DNA of 64,000 nucleotides from Trichormus sp. ATA11-4-KO1 (GCA_019358915.1 JAHHIM010000073.1:224001-288000); one strand, 5' to 3'. Counted from the first letter of the stretch, positions 50,218-61,341 are shown. Program-made: numbers and translations. The notes: generated from the sequence alone by a model not told the origin.

Positions 50218-52656
50218 ATGCGTATTTCTCTAAATTGGCTGCGGGAACTGGTAGAAATTAAACTTAGTCCGGAAGAATTAGCCGAAACTCTGACAATGGC
50301 TGGTTTTGAAGTAGAAGATATTGAAGACCGGCGCACTTGGGCAAATGGTGTTGTTGTGGGGAAAGTGCTGGAGCGTCAACCCCACCCCAACGCTGATAAA
50401 TTAAGTGTTTGCCAAGTGGATGTTGGTGTATCTGAGACTTTGAATATTGTCTGTGGTGCTACCAATGTCCGGGCGGATATTTATGTACCGGTGGCAACTA
50501 CGGGCACTTATTTACCAAATATTGATTTAAAAATTAAGCCTGCAAAGCTACGTGGTGTACCATCTCAAGGCATGATTTGTTCTTTAAAGGAACTGGGTTT
50601 GCCTACTGATGTAGACGGAATTCATATTTTTTCTCAGGAAAATTTGCCATTGGGTAGTGATGTCCGTCCATTGTTGGGTTTAGATGACGTAATTTTAGAT
50701 GTTACCGCAACTGCTAACCGTGCTGATGCTCTGAGTATGGTGGGGATAGCGCGGGAAGTCGCAGCTTTGACGGGTGGTAAGTTGAGTATTCCTGAATTAG
50801 GTGAAATCCCAATTCCCCAAGGTGGCGGAAATTTAGCTTTAAGCATTGCCAATCAGCAAGCTTGCCCAGCTTACATTGGTACGGTAATTTCACAGGTGAA
50901 AATTGCCCCGTCTCCTGATTGGTTGCAACAGCGTTTACGGGCGGCTGGGGTAAGACCTATCAATAATGTGGTGGATATTACTAACTATGTGTTATTGGAA
51001 TGGGGACAACCACTACACGCCTTTGACAAAGAACGTCTACAATCTGTTGCTGGTAGTGATGAAGATTTAACTATCGGTGTTCGCTTCGCTGTTTCTGGGG
51101 AATCTTTTAAAACCCTGGATGGACAAACTCGTACTCTGACAACCCAAAATTTGTTAATCACTGCGAATGAAAAACCTGTGGCCCTAGCAGGAGTTATGGG
51201 GGGAGAAGAAACGGAAGTTCATGCAGGGACTCAAAGCATAGTTTTAGAAGCAGCGTTATTTGATTCTGTAGCAATTCGTCGTTCTTCCCGGAGTGTGGGT
51301 TTAAGAAGCGAGTCTTCTGGGAGATACGAACGGGGAGTGAACCGGGCTGAGTTGGAAGTCGCCTGTAATCGCGCTTTATCACTCCTGAGCGAACTGGCTG
51401 ATGGGGTAATTGTCCAGCAGGAAATAGCTGATACTCGCCCAGATCCAGCTACTTGGAGTCGTTCTATCGCCCTGCGTTTAGATAGAGTGAATCAGGTGTT
51501 AGGGCCAGTGGATTTGGGAGAGGAAACAGGAGAAATCACACAAGCAGATGTTGAGCGCATTTTAACTGCACTGGGATGTCGGGTGACTCCGTCAGGAGAG
51601 AGGACTTGGACGGTGACTGCGCCGCCTTATCGTTACCGCGATTTAGAACGGGAAATTGACTTGATTGAAGAACTAGCCCGTCTCTATGGCTATGACAATT
51701 TTTGTGATACTCTCCCAGAAAAGTCGGAAGCTGGTTATTTACCTTTAGATCAAGAACTAATCCGCAAGTTACGCGCCTTTCTGCGGGCAGAAGGATTAAC
51801 AGAAGTCATCCATTATTCTTTGGTCAAACCAGGGGATGACAGACAAATCGTATTGAGCAACCCCTTATTTGTAGAATATTCGGCACTGCGAACCGATTTG
51901 ATATCTGGGTTAATTGATGCTTTTCAATATAACTTAGAGCAAGGAAACGGTTCGCTCAATGGTTTCGACCTGGGGCGAATTTTCTGGCAAGAGGAAGACG
52001 GTTTGCAAGAAACAGATGCGATCGCGGGGATTATGGGAGGCGATCGCACCGTTGGTAAATGGTCAAAAGGCAGTCGTGAACAGCCGATGACCTGGTTTGA
52101 AGCCAAAGGTATTTTAGAAAGTGTCTTTCTGCAACTAGGGTTACAAGTAGAATATCAACCCGATCGCCGCGATGAGCGCTTACATCCAGGACGCAGCGCC
52201 TCCTTGTGGGTGGGGGGTAACAGACTGGGTATTTTTGGTCAACTTCATCCCCAACTGCGACAGGATAAGGGTTTACCAGATTACGTCTACGTGTTCCAGT
52301 TAGACGTAAATGTACTTTTGGATGCTCTTGATCAAGATGAAATTCTCGTTCGCACATTTCATCCTTATTCCACCTACCCAGCAAGCGATCGCGATATTGC
52401 CTTTTTTGCACCTGTGAATGTCTTAGTTGCCGACATCGAAAAAGCCATCAATAAAGCTGGCAAAGGTCTGCTGGAATCTGTGGAATTGTTTGATGAATAT
52501 CGCGGTGAAAATGTGCCCCAAGGACAACGCAGTTTAGCATTTCGCTTAATCTATCGAGCAAGCGATCGCACTCTCACTGATGCGGAAGTCGAACCAGTCC
52601 ACAATAAAGTCCGTGAAGCCTTAGTGGAAAAATTTGGCGTTAACTTGAGAAGTTAA
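50218..52656 (+). CDS. pheT: Phenylalanine--tRNA ligase beta subunit
   Basis: [36 protein letters not shown]. Confidence 0.97.
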   Translation: MRISLNWLRELVEIKLSPEELAETLTMAGFEVEDIEDRRTWANGVVVGKVLERQPHPNADKLSVCQVDVGVSETLNIVCGATNVRADIYVPVATTGTYLPNIDLKIKPAKLRGVPSQGMICSLKELGLPTDVDGIHIFSQENLPLGSDVRPLLGLDDVILDVTATANRADALSMVGIAREVAALTGGKLSIPELGEIPIPQGGGNLALSIANQQACPAYIGTVISQVKIAPSPDWLQQRLRAAGVRPINNVVDITNYVLLEWGQPLHAFDKERLQSVAGSDEDLTIGVRFAVSGESFKTLDGQTRTLTTQNLLITANEKPVALAGVMGGEETEVHAGTQSIVLEAALFDSVAIRRSSRSVGLRSESSGRYERGVNRAELEVACNRALSLLSELADGVIVQQEIADTRPDPATWSRSIALRLDRVNQVLGPVDLGEETGEITQADVERILTALGCRVTPSGERTWTVTAPPYRYRDLEREIDLIEELARLYGYDNFCDTLPEKSEAGYLPLDQELIRKLRAFLRAEGLTEVIHYSLVKPGDDRQIVLSNPLFVEYSALRTDLISGLIDAFQYNLEQGNGSLNGFDLGRIFWQEEDGLQETDAIAGIMGGDRTVGKWSKGSREQPMTWFEAKGILESVFLQLGLQVEYQPDRRDERLHPGRSASLWVGGNRLGIFGQLHPQLRQDKGLPDYVYVFQLDVNVLLDALDQDEILVRTFHPYSTYPASDRDIAFFAPVNVLVADIEKAINKAGKGLLESVELFDEYRGENVPQGQRSLAFRLIYRASDRTLTDAEVEPVHNKVREALVEKFGVNLRS

Positions 52657-52737
52657 TTATCAAGATTTTGGGGTTTGGGATTTAATCTAAAATCCCAAAT
52701 TTCAAACTCAGAGTACAAAGTTTTGTGGTTAATTTAA

Positions 52738-52890
52738 ACGTGAATTCGATGAACCTCACCCCAACCCCTCTCCGTGTCGGAGAGGGGCAAAAATCTCCCT
52801 GGTTTTAAACTAAAAATCAAGGTTTCAAAGCCTCTCCCCTTCCAGGGGAGAGGTTTGGAGAGGGGTTTTTTCCACTTGTCGAACTCACGT
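52738..52890. mobile_element. 153-bp MITE with ACGTGA(A/G)TTCGA termini and AT-rich direct repeat
   Basis: Left ACGTGAATTCGA, right TCGAACTCACGT; TAATTTAA at 52730-52737 and 52891-52898; internal CCCCTCTCC/GGAGAGGGG hairpins. Confidence 0.8.
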
Positions 52891-52980
52891 TAATTTAAAC
52901 TCAACTACTGCTACGGGATAAATAGCCAACCCACCCCTAAATAAATCTCAATTATCAAGCTCATTTATTTTAAAAGCATT

Positions 52981-53283
52981 TTATGAAATAAGCTTCTTCC
53001 TAAAGAAACTATTTTTTTTAATCAGAATATCTTTATTTAAAGTTATTTCTACTCCATCAGAAGCAAAAATCAATAAAGGCAGAATTGAAACAATAAACAA
53101 TACGCTTGATATTTTTAAAGAAATGCTATTTTTTGTTTTAATTTTTTCACTTATAAACCCTCCTTCCAATAGTTCATCTATTGGTAAAACGTCTGAATAG
53201 TCTATTTCTTCATCAGACATCTCAAGCAATTTTTTATGTCTTTCTTGTATTGGCATTTCAACTGAAAACCTATTGTTTTTCAT
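52981..53283 (-). CDS. BrnA-like antitoxin with atypical C-terminus
   Basis: MSDEEIDYSDVLPID motif; overlaps brnT end by 14 nt; start likely 53283. Confidence 0.55.
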   Translation of the reverse strand: MKNNRFSVEMPIQERHKKLLEMSDEEIDYSDVLPIDELLEGGFISEKIKTKNSISLKISSVLFIVSILPLLIFASDGVEITLNKDILIKKNSFFRKKLIS

Positions 53284-53560
53284 AAAGAAAACGCTCATTT
53301 TTGTTAGCTTTTCTTGCAGAAATAATTCTGATAAAGCCATCCCTTTCTGTATGAACAACTACTACAATAATAATTGAGTTAATTGAACTTAAATTAATTT
53401 GACTAATAGAAATTTCTCTTATTTCTCCATAATCCTTTCTATTGTCTAGGAAATTCCGCCTACTTTCATCATCGAAAACCTGTGATGCTTCATTAAAATC
53501 AATCCCATGTTTTTCTATATTAATTTTATTTTTATTTTCATCCCACTGAAAACGAGCCAT
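53270..53560 (-). CDS. BrnT family ribonuclease toxin
   Basis: FQWDENKNKINIEKHGIDF..DYGE.R..IRIISARKA..ER. Confidence 0.9.
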   Translation of the reverse strand: MARFQWDENKNKINIEKHGIDFNEASQVFDDESRRNFLDNRKDYGEIREISISQINLSSINSIIIVVVVHTERDGFIRIISARKANKNERFLYEKQ

Positions 53561-53812
53561 TACGATAAATTAATTTATATTTTTTCATATAAAGCAAAAT
53601 GTATCACATTTAACATACTCAATTTTCCTGAGATTCTTTCAAGAAGGTGATTACATTGTGTCCCCCACTTTTCCCGAATTAAATCTCACTGCAAACCAGA
53701 TTTTTCAAGCTGGTGTGGTATAGTTTTCAATTAAAAATATGATTTGAGAAGGGGTAAACTGAAAATTATGGCAGATCAGGTTCTTTTGAATCAATAGGAG
53801 TAACAAGTAATC

Positions 53813-54082
53813 GTGCCTAAATACATTATGTGGGGAACTTACTGTGAAAACGTTCTGGAAAAACGCGACCCCTACCGTCAAGCACATTTAGACGGATTAG
53901 CAAAACAGAAAGAATCCGGTGTACTAATTACTATTGGCCCCACCAAGGATGTCACGAAAGTTTTTGGCATTTATGAAGCTGAAAATGAAGCGACTGTGCA
54001 TCAGTTGATTGAAAATGACCCATACTGGAAAAATGGCATCTGGACTGAATATTTTGTCAAAGAGTGGATACAAGCTTTTTAA
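53813..54082 (+). CDS. YciI family protein
   Basis: RQAHL, IGPT, NDPYW; AGGAG RBS before GTG. Confidence 0.88.
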   Translation: MPKYIMWGTYCENVLEKRDPYRQAHLDGLAKQKESGVLITIGPTKDVTKVFGIYEAENEATVHQLIENDPYWKNGIWTEYFVKEWIQAF

Positions 54083-54313
54083 ATACCTAGAGATTTTAAT
54101 GCATATTTAACATTTTTTGTCAATATGCCAATTTAATTACTGTCCACTAAATCAGCTAAATCATCTCAAAAATCACATCTTCAATTCCTGCTTTTAGTAG
54201 ATGCGATGAGAATTTTGTTAGTGTAAATAATAAAATGTCTCCGTTATTGCATAAACTAAAACAGCAATTCATTTGCGACTGCAAAAAATTTAATTGCTCA
54301 ACAAGGTACTACC

Positions 54314-54709
54314 ATGAATCGAATCTTAAAACGTACACTTTTACCTGGCCTCATGGCTGCAAGTTTAACTAGTGTCACTTTAATTCCTGCTCAACCAGCT
54401 GCTGCGGACACATTACTTAGGGATGCGGGGGCTGGAGCTGCTACTAGTGCGGCATCGGGAGCTATTAGAGGATGTGGTTCTTTGCTCAACAATGCGGTTA
54501 AAGGTGCTGCTGCTGGGGCTGCTGTCAATGCGGCTAATAGTAGTAGACGCAACCGCAGAAACCCTAGCTTAGTTCGCAACGTTGCAGTTGGGGGAACTGC
54601 GGGTGCAGTAGCTGGTGCAATTACTCGTGGTTGCAGAGATCCCCTGGGAAATGCTGTTGATGGTGCAGCTGCGGGTGCAGTTATCCATCTTTTGAACAAC
54701 AGAAAATAA
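54314..54709 (+). CDS. Secreted Ala/Gly-rich glycine-zipper-like protein with internal duplication
   Basis: Signal peptide; two copies of GA..GAI.(R)GC....NAV.GAAAGA. Confidence 0.7.
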   Translation: MNRILKRTLLPGLMAASLTSVTLIPAQPAAADTLLRDAGAGAATSAASGAIRGCGSLLNNAVKGAAAGAAVNAANSSRRNRRNPSLVRNVAVGGTAGAVAGAITRGCRDPLGNAVDGAAAGAVIHLLNNRK

Positions 54710-54870
54710 GTGGCAATTTGTGTTTTTTAATCGAGTTTTAGATTTGAAATTTTGGATTTTGAATTATTCATCGAAATCCAAAATTGTGTAATTTCTGTCT
54801 TAATATCTGGCAGATTCATCTGAAGTTATTAGTAGGTGATATATCAACCTACTAATTCTCCGACATTAAG

Positions 54871-55119
54871 ATGGGTATTTCAATGTTTTCAAGGAATTCA
54901 TCTTTTGCCTTTAAATTATTTGATGAGCCTTTAGCTACAGAACACGGTGGACTGATGCGGCTCGTAGTACCTCACCTCTACGCCTGGAAAAGTGCCAAGT
55001 GGATCAATGGTTTAGAATTTCTCAGTCGGGAAGAACTTGGTTTTTGGGAACGTAACGGCTACCTCCGCCGTAGTGAACCTTGGGCGGAGGAACGTTACAG
55101 CAGTGCTTTTGGGTTTTAA
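54871..55119 (+). pseudogene. C-terminal fragment of sulfite-oxidase-like molybdopterin oxidoreductase
   Basis: EHGGLMRLVVPHLYAWKSAKW..GFWERNGY; N-terminal two-thirds absent. Confidence 0.75.
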
Positions 55120-55134
55120 AAATTTTTACTTAAA

Positions 55135-56517
55135 TTATCTAATCATCCGCTTAAGTGCGGCCAACTTGTCTTTGTAAGGAGCATATCGCCAGTTTAAATC
55201 TAGCCAGAAAGAATTTTTTAACACACTTTTGTAATGAGAAAAGGTGTCAAAACTGGCTTTGCCGTGATAGCTACCAATACCACTGTCACCTATTCCACCA
55301 AATGGTAAAGATGGGACACCAATGTGCATCAGTGTGTCATTGAGACAAACTCCACCAGATGAGGTTTCCTGTAAAACTCGCTTTTGCAGGTTTTTATTTC
55401 GAGTGAATAAATATAAAGCCAAGGGTTTTGGTCGGGAGTTAATTAAGGCGATCGCCTCTGTGATATCACTGTATTCAACTATGGGTAAGATGGGGCCAAA
55501 AATTTCTTCCTGCATTACAGGGTCTGCCAAAGATACATGATCAATTACGGTAGGAGCAATATAACGTTCCGCAGGGTTGGTTTCTCCACCAATAATAATT
55601 TCGCCATCTTTGATTAATTTAGCCAACCTATCAAAATGTTTTTGACTGATAATTCTAGCATAATCTGGACTATTGGCTGGATGATCTCCATAAAATTCGG
55701 TGAGGCATTTTTTCATGCCATCTAAGAAGTTTTTCTTGATTTTTCGATCTATTAAAAGATAATCAGGCGCAATACAAGTTTGTCCAGCATTAATAAATTT
55801 GCCCCAAGTAATGCGTCTAACAGTGTGCTCAAGATTGATATCAGTATCGACAATACAAGGACTTTTGCCGCCTAATTCTAAGGTGACTGGTGTGAGATGT
55901 TTAGCGGCTGCTTCCATAATGATTTTGCCAACGGCTGTACCACCAGTAAAAAAGATATGGTCAAACTTTTCTGCCAGGAGTTTTTGACTTATTCCTACCC
56001 CCCCTTCTACTACTGCAAGATACTTTGGTTCAAAATATTTGCCAATGATTTGAGCTAATAAATTGGAAGTATGAGGCGCCAGCTCTGAAGGTTTGGTGAT
56101 TGTACAATTTCCCGCCGCGATCGCACCTACTAAAGGTGAAGTAATTAAACTAAAAGGATAGTTCCAAGGGCCAATAATTAAAACAACTCCTAGCGGTTCT
56201 GGATAAATTCGGGCTGAGTAGGAAAAAAAGTCCCATGAAACGGCTGCTTTTTTGGGCTTACTCCAAGTGTTGAGATGTTTAATAGCGTAATCAATTTCCT
56301 TGGTGACACTGATTTCGGAAATATAAGTTTCAAATTCTGGTTTCTGTAAATCGGTTTGTAGTGCTTGAATTATTGCTTGTTCATTTTCCAGTATTGCTTG
56401 CTTAAGAATTTTGAGTTGTTCGATGCGAAAAACCACATCTTTAGTTTTACCAGTTTGAAAAAATTCACGCTGCTTATGGATAATTTCAGCAATATTTGCT
56501 AGTTCATTCGCAATCAT
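55135..56517 (-). CDS. Aldehyde dehydrogenase (ALDH3-like)
   Basis: PWNYP, FTGG, LELGGKSP, NAGQTC, EEIFGP, FGGIGDSG. Confidence 0.93.
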   Translation of the reverse strand: MIANELANIAEIIHKQREFFQTGKTKDVVFRIEQLKILKQAILENEQAIIQALQTDLQKPEFETYISEISVTKEIDYAIKHLNTWSKPKKAAVSWDFFSYSARIYPEPLGVVLIIGPWNYPFSLITSPLVGAIAAGNCTITKPSELAPHTSNLLAQIIGKYFEPKYLAVVEGGVGISQKLLAEKFDHIFFTGGTAVGKIIMEAAAKHLTPVTLELGGKSPCIVDTDINLEHTVRRITWGKFINAGQTCIAPDYLLIDRKIKKNFLDGMKKCLTEFYGDHPANSPDYARIISQKHFDRLAKLIKDGEIIIGGETNPAERYIAPTVIDHVSLADPVMQEEIFGPILPIVEYSDITEAIALINSRPKPLALYLFTRNKNLQKRVLQETSSGGVCLNDTLMHIGVPSLPFGGIGDSGIGSYHGKASFDTFSHYKSVLKNSFWLDLNWRYAPYKDKLAALKRMIR

Positions 56518-56630
56518 ATTTTTCTCCTGATATAATAAATTATGAAAATGGTAGTAGGGTTATATTAAGTTTTAAAATTTTACTAATTAACTAAACAGAA
56601 AAATCATAAATTTATATTTAATTGAGAAAT

Positions 56631-56681
56631 GATAAATTATGACTTATCTAGCTGATAAATTGACATAAGTCATAATTTATC
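56631..56681. terminator. 17-bp perfect inverted repeat just downstream of the histidine kinase gene (terminator or operator)
   Basis: GATAAATTATGACTTAT ... ATAAGTCATAATTTATC. Confidence 0.5.
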
Positions 56682-56694
56682 CTTAATAATCATC

Positions 56695-57810
56695 TCATTG
56701 TTTGATAGGTAGGCTGACAATGAAAACACTACCTTTACCTAGTTGAGAATTTGCTAGGATGTTACCGTGATGTGCTTCGACAATTCGGCGAGAAAGATAC
56801 AATCCTAAACCACTACCAGAACTTTTGTGGTTTCCCTGACGAAATCTTTCAAATAAGGTGGCTTGTTCTTCAGGTGGAATACCTATACCTGTATCCGCTA
56901 CTTTTATATTAATGTAGTTATCGTAAATTTTACTACTTTCAAGCCCAGTGTTAACACAGATATTGACTGAGCCAGATTCAGTAAATTTGATCGCATTACC
57001 TATGAGATTGGTAAATAGACGATGCAGTTCCAAGCGATCGCCCATCACTATAGTGGTGGTTGACTCATCAGACACATTCAAATTGATAGATAGTGCTTTA
57101 TGCTGTGCTAAGGGTGTCAGCTCTCCAACCACCTCTTCTAGCAACTGAATGAGATCAACTTGCTGAAATGCCAGGGTTTTACGACCTGCTTCAAAGCGAT
57201 AAACTTCCAATAAGGTATTCACCATAGATAGCAAGTTGAGATTACTGCGAGCCATAATGGTGATGACTTCTTGCATTTGCGGTGATAAACTACCAAGTGC
57301 CCCCTGTTGAAACAGCATCAACATGCGATCGGCAGCCACCAAAGGAGTGCGTAAATCATGGGTAAGACGGGAGACAAAATCTTCTCGCTGGCGGGCAATT
57401 TCATCACGTTCATCTATACTGCGCTTCAAACGCAATAGCGATCGCACCCTTGCCAGCAATTCATCTACTGTTACAGGTTTGCGGATAAAATCATCAGCAC
57501 CCAAGTCTAATCCTTGAGCCACATTGGGCGCGTCGTGGGCAGTAATCAGCAGAATAGGGATGTATGGCTGCAACTTCATATTTCCACGAATACGCTTAGT
57601 TACTTCGTATCCATCCATTCCTGGCATCATTAGATCCAGCAACACCAAGTCGCAGGGCGATGCTTCCAGTTGTGCTAATGCCGAAATGCCATTTTCTGCG
57701 GTGCTAATTGTGTAGCCTTCTTCCTCCAAAATAGTTTTGATCAAAAACACATTATCAGGAGAGTCATCGACAACAAGAATTTTGTCAGAGCGAGAAGATA
57801 GGGAACTCAT
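56695..57810 (-). CDS. Hybrid response regulator/histidine kinase (REC-HisKA-HATPase)
   Basis: VVDD..DLMMP, THDLRTPL, NLIGNAIKF, DTGIG, GLGL. Confidence 0.93.
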   Translation of the reverse strand: MSSLSSRSDKILVVDDSPDNVFLIKTILEEEGYTISTAENGISALAQLEASPCDLVLLDLMMPGMDGYEVTKRIRGNMKLQPYIPILLITAHDAPNVAQGLDLGADDFIRKPVTVDELLARVRSLLRLKRSIDERDEIARQREDFVSRLTHDLRTPLVAADRMLMLFQQGALGSLSPQMQEVITIMARSNLNLLSMVNTLLEVYRFEAGRKTLAFQQVDLIQLLEEVVGELTPLAQHKALSINLNVSDESTTTIVMGDRLELHRLFTNLIGNAIKFTESGSVNICVNTGLESSKIYDNYINIKVADTGIGIPPEEQATLFERFRQGNHKSSGSGLGLYLSRRIVEAHHGNILANSQLGKGSVFIVSLPIKQ

Positions 57811-58132
57811 GTGGTATTGAGGTGTAGGGTAAAAGTAAATGTTGGTAATATTGACTATATTTGGAGCAATTTTTTACGCCATATTTGCTTGACCTTTGAA
57901 TCAGTTTACTCAAAGTCAGTGATCCTAGGGCAATGATATTATGCCTTTGTATAACTTTTATCGTCAAAATTTTGGCGATCGCCAGCAGTTCACTGCTGAA
58001 CGCAGCACTAAAGCCAGCTTACGCATCCCAAGTTAGGGATAGTTTACTTCTTAATTCCCTCATTTATATACAGGGTTGAAATCAGGTGAGTTCTGTTATC
58101 TGCTGAACTCCCGAAAGATGGGCAAGTCTAGC

Positions 58133-58318
58133 CCTTTTAATATGGGTCAAGCGATCGCACTCACGGGCTTTTGATTAGATGAAGCGGAACCATTAGCCCA
58201 AAGTTTGGTAGGGCGAGTCAGCCATCACCAGGCTGTTATACCAGAGATTTTGTCTGAGACTGGTGGACAACAGTTTCTAACTTTGAAACTATGTCAACTT
58301 GCCGTTACAACAAAGTGA
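58133..58318 (+). pseudogene. Fragment of an AAA-like (AAA_35-type) domain gene
   Basis: Hand translation PFNMGQAIALTGF*LDEAEPLAQSL..EILSETGGQQFLTLKLCQL resembles PFNIG..IEL.GF..WTGGQPFLTQKLC; internal TGA at 58172. Confidence 0.65.
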
Positions 58319-58349
58319 TGTTTGAAAACAATGTCCTACAAGTCTACAT

Positions 58350-58826
58350 TTATTCCCCAGAAGGGATACTATCCAAAACCTGCTGAAATTCTGTTGTAGA
58401 AGAAAGAGCGATCGCTCTTTTCAGTAAAGTTTTCAGTACAGATGCATCTGTTTGTTCATAGTCCAAAAGCTTGGCCACAGGAAACTCTAAACTCACCCGA
58501 CATCCCCCCAATTGATACCTGTAGCTGGAAGGTCGCCAATTTGCCTGTTCATCTGCTAACACGGCTAAACTAATGACTCGCTTTTTATGGCGGTCAAACA
58601 AGCGGTAATTGTAGGTATACATCCGTTCGGCAAATTGGCTGTCATATTGTCCTTGGACTTCTACATGCACCAATACCCAAGCTTCTTCGCCATCCAGTAA
58701 CCAAACTTTTGCGACTTTATCAACCAAACGCCGACCAATTTCGGCATCAGGTTCTAGTTGTTGTAATTCTGTGTCCAGAAATTCATAAGGGCGTGTCCAG
58801 TCGATTGCAGCAGATTGCTCAGTCAT
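58350..58826 (-). CDS. Shortened Rpn/transposase_31-like PD-(D/E)XK protein (probable internal deletions)
   Basis: EFLDTEL..VDK..HVEVQ..FAERMYTYNYR; only 158 aa. Confidence 0.65.
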   Translation of the reverse strand: MTEQSAAIDWTRPYEFLDTELQQLEPDAEIGRRLVDKVAKVWLLDGEEAWVLVHVEVQGQYDSQFAERMYTYNYRLFDRHKKRVISLAVLADEQANWRPSSYRYQLGGCRVSLEFPVAKLLDYEQTDASVLKTLLKRAIALSSTTEFQQVLDSIPSGE

Positions 58827-58829
58827 GAA

Positions 58830-60536
58830 CTAAAACAAAAAGTATCTTTGCGCCATTGGTAACACTGTCGCCGGTTCACAAATCAGTAATTCACCATTTG
58901 CCCTGACTTCATAAGTTTCTGGATCAACTTCAATGTGAGGTAAGGCATCATTTAGCTTCATATCCCGTTTACTCACTTGGCGTGTCCCGGAAACGGCAAC
59001 GGCTGTCTTTTGTAAATTCAATTGACTGGGAATTTCTCTTTCTAATGCTGCTTGGGAAACAAACGTTAAAGATGTGGCGTGACGCGCCCCGGCAAAACTA
59101 CCAAACATCGGTCGTGTATGCACTGGTTGGGGTGTGGGGATACTGGCGTTAGCGTCACCCATTTGTGACCAAGCAATCATGCCGCCTTTAATCACGATCT
59201 CTGGTTTCACGCCAAAAAATGCAGGTCGCCATAAGCATAAGTCTGCAAGTTTCCCTGCTTCCACTGAACCCACATACTGGGCAATACCGTGAGTAATCGC
59301 TGAATTTATGGTATATTTAGCAACATATCTTTTAGCTCGAAAATTATCTGCTTGACCATCTTCAGCAAGACTTCCGCGCTGCACCTTCATTTTGTGGGAT
59401 GTCTGCCATGTGCGAATTATTACCTCACCAACTCGCCCCATTGCCTGGGAATCAGAAGCAATCATACTAAACGCGCCTAAGTCATGCAAAATATCTTCCG
59501 CCGCAATAGTTTCCCGGCGAATCCGAGACTCGGCAAAGGCGACATCTTCGGGAATTCCAGAATCGAGGTGATGACATACCATCAACATATCCAGGTGTTC
59601 TTCTAGGGTGTTAACGGTGTAAGGACGGGTGGGGTTGGTGGAAGATGGTAAAACGTTGGCTTGGCTGCAAACTTTGATAATATCTGGTGCATGTCCACCA
59701 CCTGCGCCTTCTGTATGGTAGGTGTGAATGGCACGATGTTTGAAAGCAGCAATGGTGTCTTCGACAAATCCGGCTTCATTTAAAGTATCAGTATGAATTG
59801 CTACTTGTACATCATATTCATCTGCAACACTGAGACAAGTATCTATAGTCGCGGGTGTGGTTCCCCAGTCTTCATGTAGCTTTAATCCCATTGCACCCGC
59901 TAAGACTTGTTCAACAATTCCTTGGGGTTGACTGGTGTTACCTTTACCCAAAAATCCTAAGTTCACAGGGAAAGCATCAGCAGCTTGTAACATGCGGTGA
60001 ATATTCCACGGGCCGGGGGTGCAGGTAGTGGCGTTTGTCCCTGTGGCGGGGCCAGTACCACCGCCAATCATCGTAGTAATTCCAGAGGCGATCGCCACTT
60101 CAATTTGTTGGGGGCAAATAAAATGAATATGACTATCAATACCGCCAGCCGTGAGAATCATCCCTTCTCCAGCTAAGGCTTCGGTTCCAGGGCCAATAAT
60201 AATATCTATATTGTCTTGAATATAAGGATTGCCGGCTTTACCAATTTTGCATATTTTGCCGTCTTTAATACCAATATCGGCTTTGACAATTCCCCACCAA
60301 TCGAGAATTAAGGCGTTGGTAATGACTAAATCTACTGCACCATCAGCGTTAGAAATGGGGGATTGTCCCATTCCGTCACGGATGACTTTACCGCCACCAA
60401 ACTTCACTTCATCACCGTAGGTTGTGAAATCTTGTTCTACTTCGATGAATAATTCTGTGTCTGCAAGACGGATGCGATCGCCTACTGTGGGACCATAGGT
60501 TTCTGCGTAGGCTTGGCGTGAGATTTTGTAAGGCAT
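58830..60536 (-). CDS. ureC: Urease subunit alpha
   Basis: [45 protein letters not shown]. Confidence 0.98.
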   Translation of the reverse strand: MPYKISRQAYAETYGPTVGDRIRLADTELFIEVEQDFTTYGDEVKFGGGKVIRDGMGQSPISNADGAVDLVITNALILDWWGIVKADIGIKDGKICKIGKAGNPYIQDNIDIIIGPGTEALAGEGMILTAGGIDSHIHFICPQQIEVAIASGITTMIGGGTGPATGTNATTCTPGPWNIHRMLQAADAFPVNLGFLGKGNTSQPQGIVEQVLAGAMGLKLHEDWGTTPATIDTCLSVADEYDVQVAIHTDTLNEAGFVEDTIAAFKHRAIHTYHTEGAGGGHAPDIIKVCSQANVLPSSTNPTRPYTVNTLEEHLDMLMVCHHLDSGIPEDVAFAESRIRRETIAAEDILHDLGAFSMIASDSQAMGRVGEVIIRTWQTSHKMKVQRGSLAEDGQADNFRAKRYVAKYTINSAITHGIAQYVGSVEAGKLADLCLWRPAFFGVKPEIVIKGGMIAWSQMGDANASIPTPQPVHTRPMFGSFAGARHATSLTFVSQAALEREIPSQLNLQKTAVAVSGTRQVSKRDMKLNDALPHIEVDPETYEVRANGELLICEPATVLPMAQRYFLF

Positions 60537-60572
60537 TATACAGTCCTGGATTTTGAGGTTAGAATTGTTTTG

Positions 60573-60592
60573 AAACGCAAAGGGACGCGAAG
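60573..60592 (+). repeat. Left inverted repeat of the GxxExxY cassette (AAACGCAAAGGGACGCGAAG)
   Basis: Reverse complement matches 60979-60995 over 17 nt and 61001-61020 at 18/20. Confidence 0.85.
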
Positions 60593-60593
60593 T

Positions 60594-60971
60594 ATGGATG
60601 AGAATGATTTAAGTTGGGCGATTATTGGTTGTGGAATGAGGGTGCATACGGTGTTGGGGCCTGGTTTGTTGGAGTCTGTGTATGAGGAGTGTTTGGATTA
60701 TGAATTAAGGCAGCAGGGATTTAAGGTTGGTAGGCAAATTCCCTTACATCTTGTGTATAAAGATGTGGAATTAGATTGTGTTTATCGATTGGATTTGATT
60801 GTAGAAAATAAAGTAGTGATTGAAGTTAAATCTGTAGAATCTCTTAAACCCATCCACGCAGTACAACTCTCAACCTACCTAAAACTCACTCACTGTAAAC
60901 TCGGCCTCCTCCTCAACTTCAACGTCCTCCACCTCAAACAAGGAATCAAACGCGTCGCCAACAACCTCTAA
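60594..60971 (+). CDS. GxxExxY family PD-(D/E)XK-like protein
   Basis: [37 protein letters not shown]; likely ATG at 60594. Confidence 0.92.
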   Translation: MDENDLSWAIIGCGMRVHTVLGPGLLESVYEECLDYELRQQGFKVGRQIPLHLVYKDVELDCVYRLDLIVENKVVIEVKSVESLKPIHAVQLSTYLKLTHCKLGLLLNFNVLHLKQGIKRVANNL

Positions 60972-60978
60972 ATCCTCT

Positions 60979-61020
60979 CTTCGCGTCCCTTTGCGCTCAC
61001 CTCCGCGTACCTTTGCGTTT
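60979..61020 (-). repeat. Right inverted repeats (two units) of the GxxExxY cassette
   Basis: cttcgcgtccctttgcg and ctccgcgtacctttgcgttt; abuts the ureB stop codon. Confidence 0.85.
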
Positions 61021-61324
61021 AAATCTTCCCATTAACCTTGCCATTAAAACCATAAACCTCACGACTTCCAACCAGAGGAACAAGAGTCACCGCCTTTTCA
61101 TCCCCTGGCTCAAACCGCACCGCCGTACCCGCAGGAATATCAAGCCTCATCCCCCGCGCTTGTTCCCGATCAAAATTCAAAGCCTGATTGACCTCATAAA
61201 AATGAAAATGGGAACCCACCTGAATCGGGCGATCGCCTGTATTAGCCACCTGTAACTTAATAGTAGAACGACCAGCATTTAACTCAATTTCACCATCTGG
61301 TGTAATAATTTCCCCTGGAATCAT
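61019..61324 (-). CDS. ureB: Urease subunit beta
   Basis: [35 protein letters not shown]. Confidence 0.98.
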   Translation of the reverse strand: MIPGEIITPDGEIELNAGRSTIKLQVANTGDRPIQVGSHFHFYEVNQALNFDREQARGMRLDIPAGTAVRFEPGDEKAVTLVPLVGSREVYGFNGKVNGKI

Positions 61325-61341
61325 AACAGAATTTTCCTAAT

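Noticed and set aside
53599..53617. NtcA-like TGTA-N8-AACA upstream of brnT
   Set aside because: Mismatched half-site and no properly spaced -10 box.
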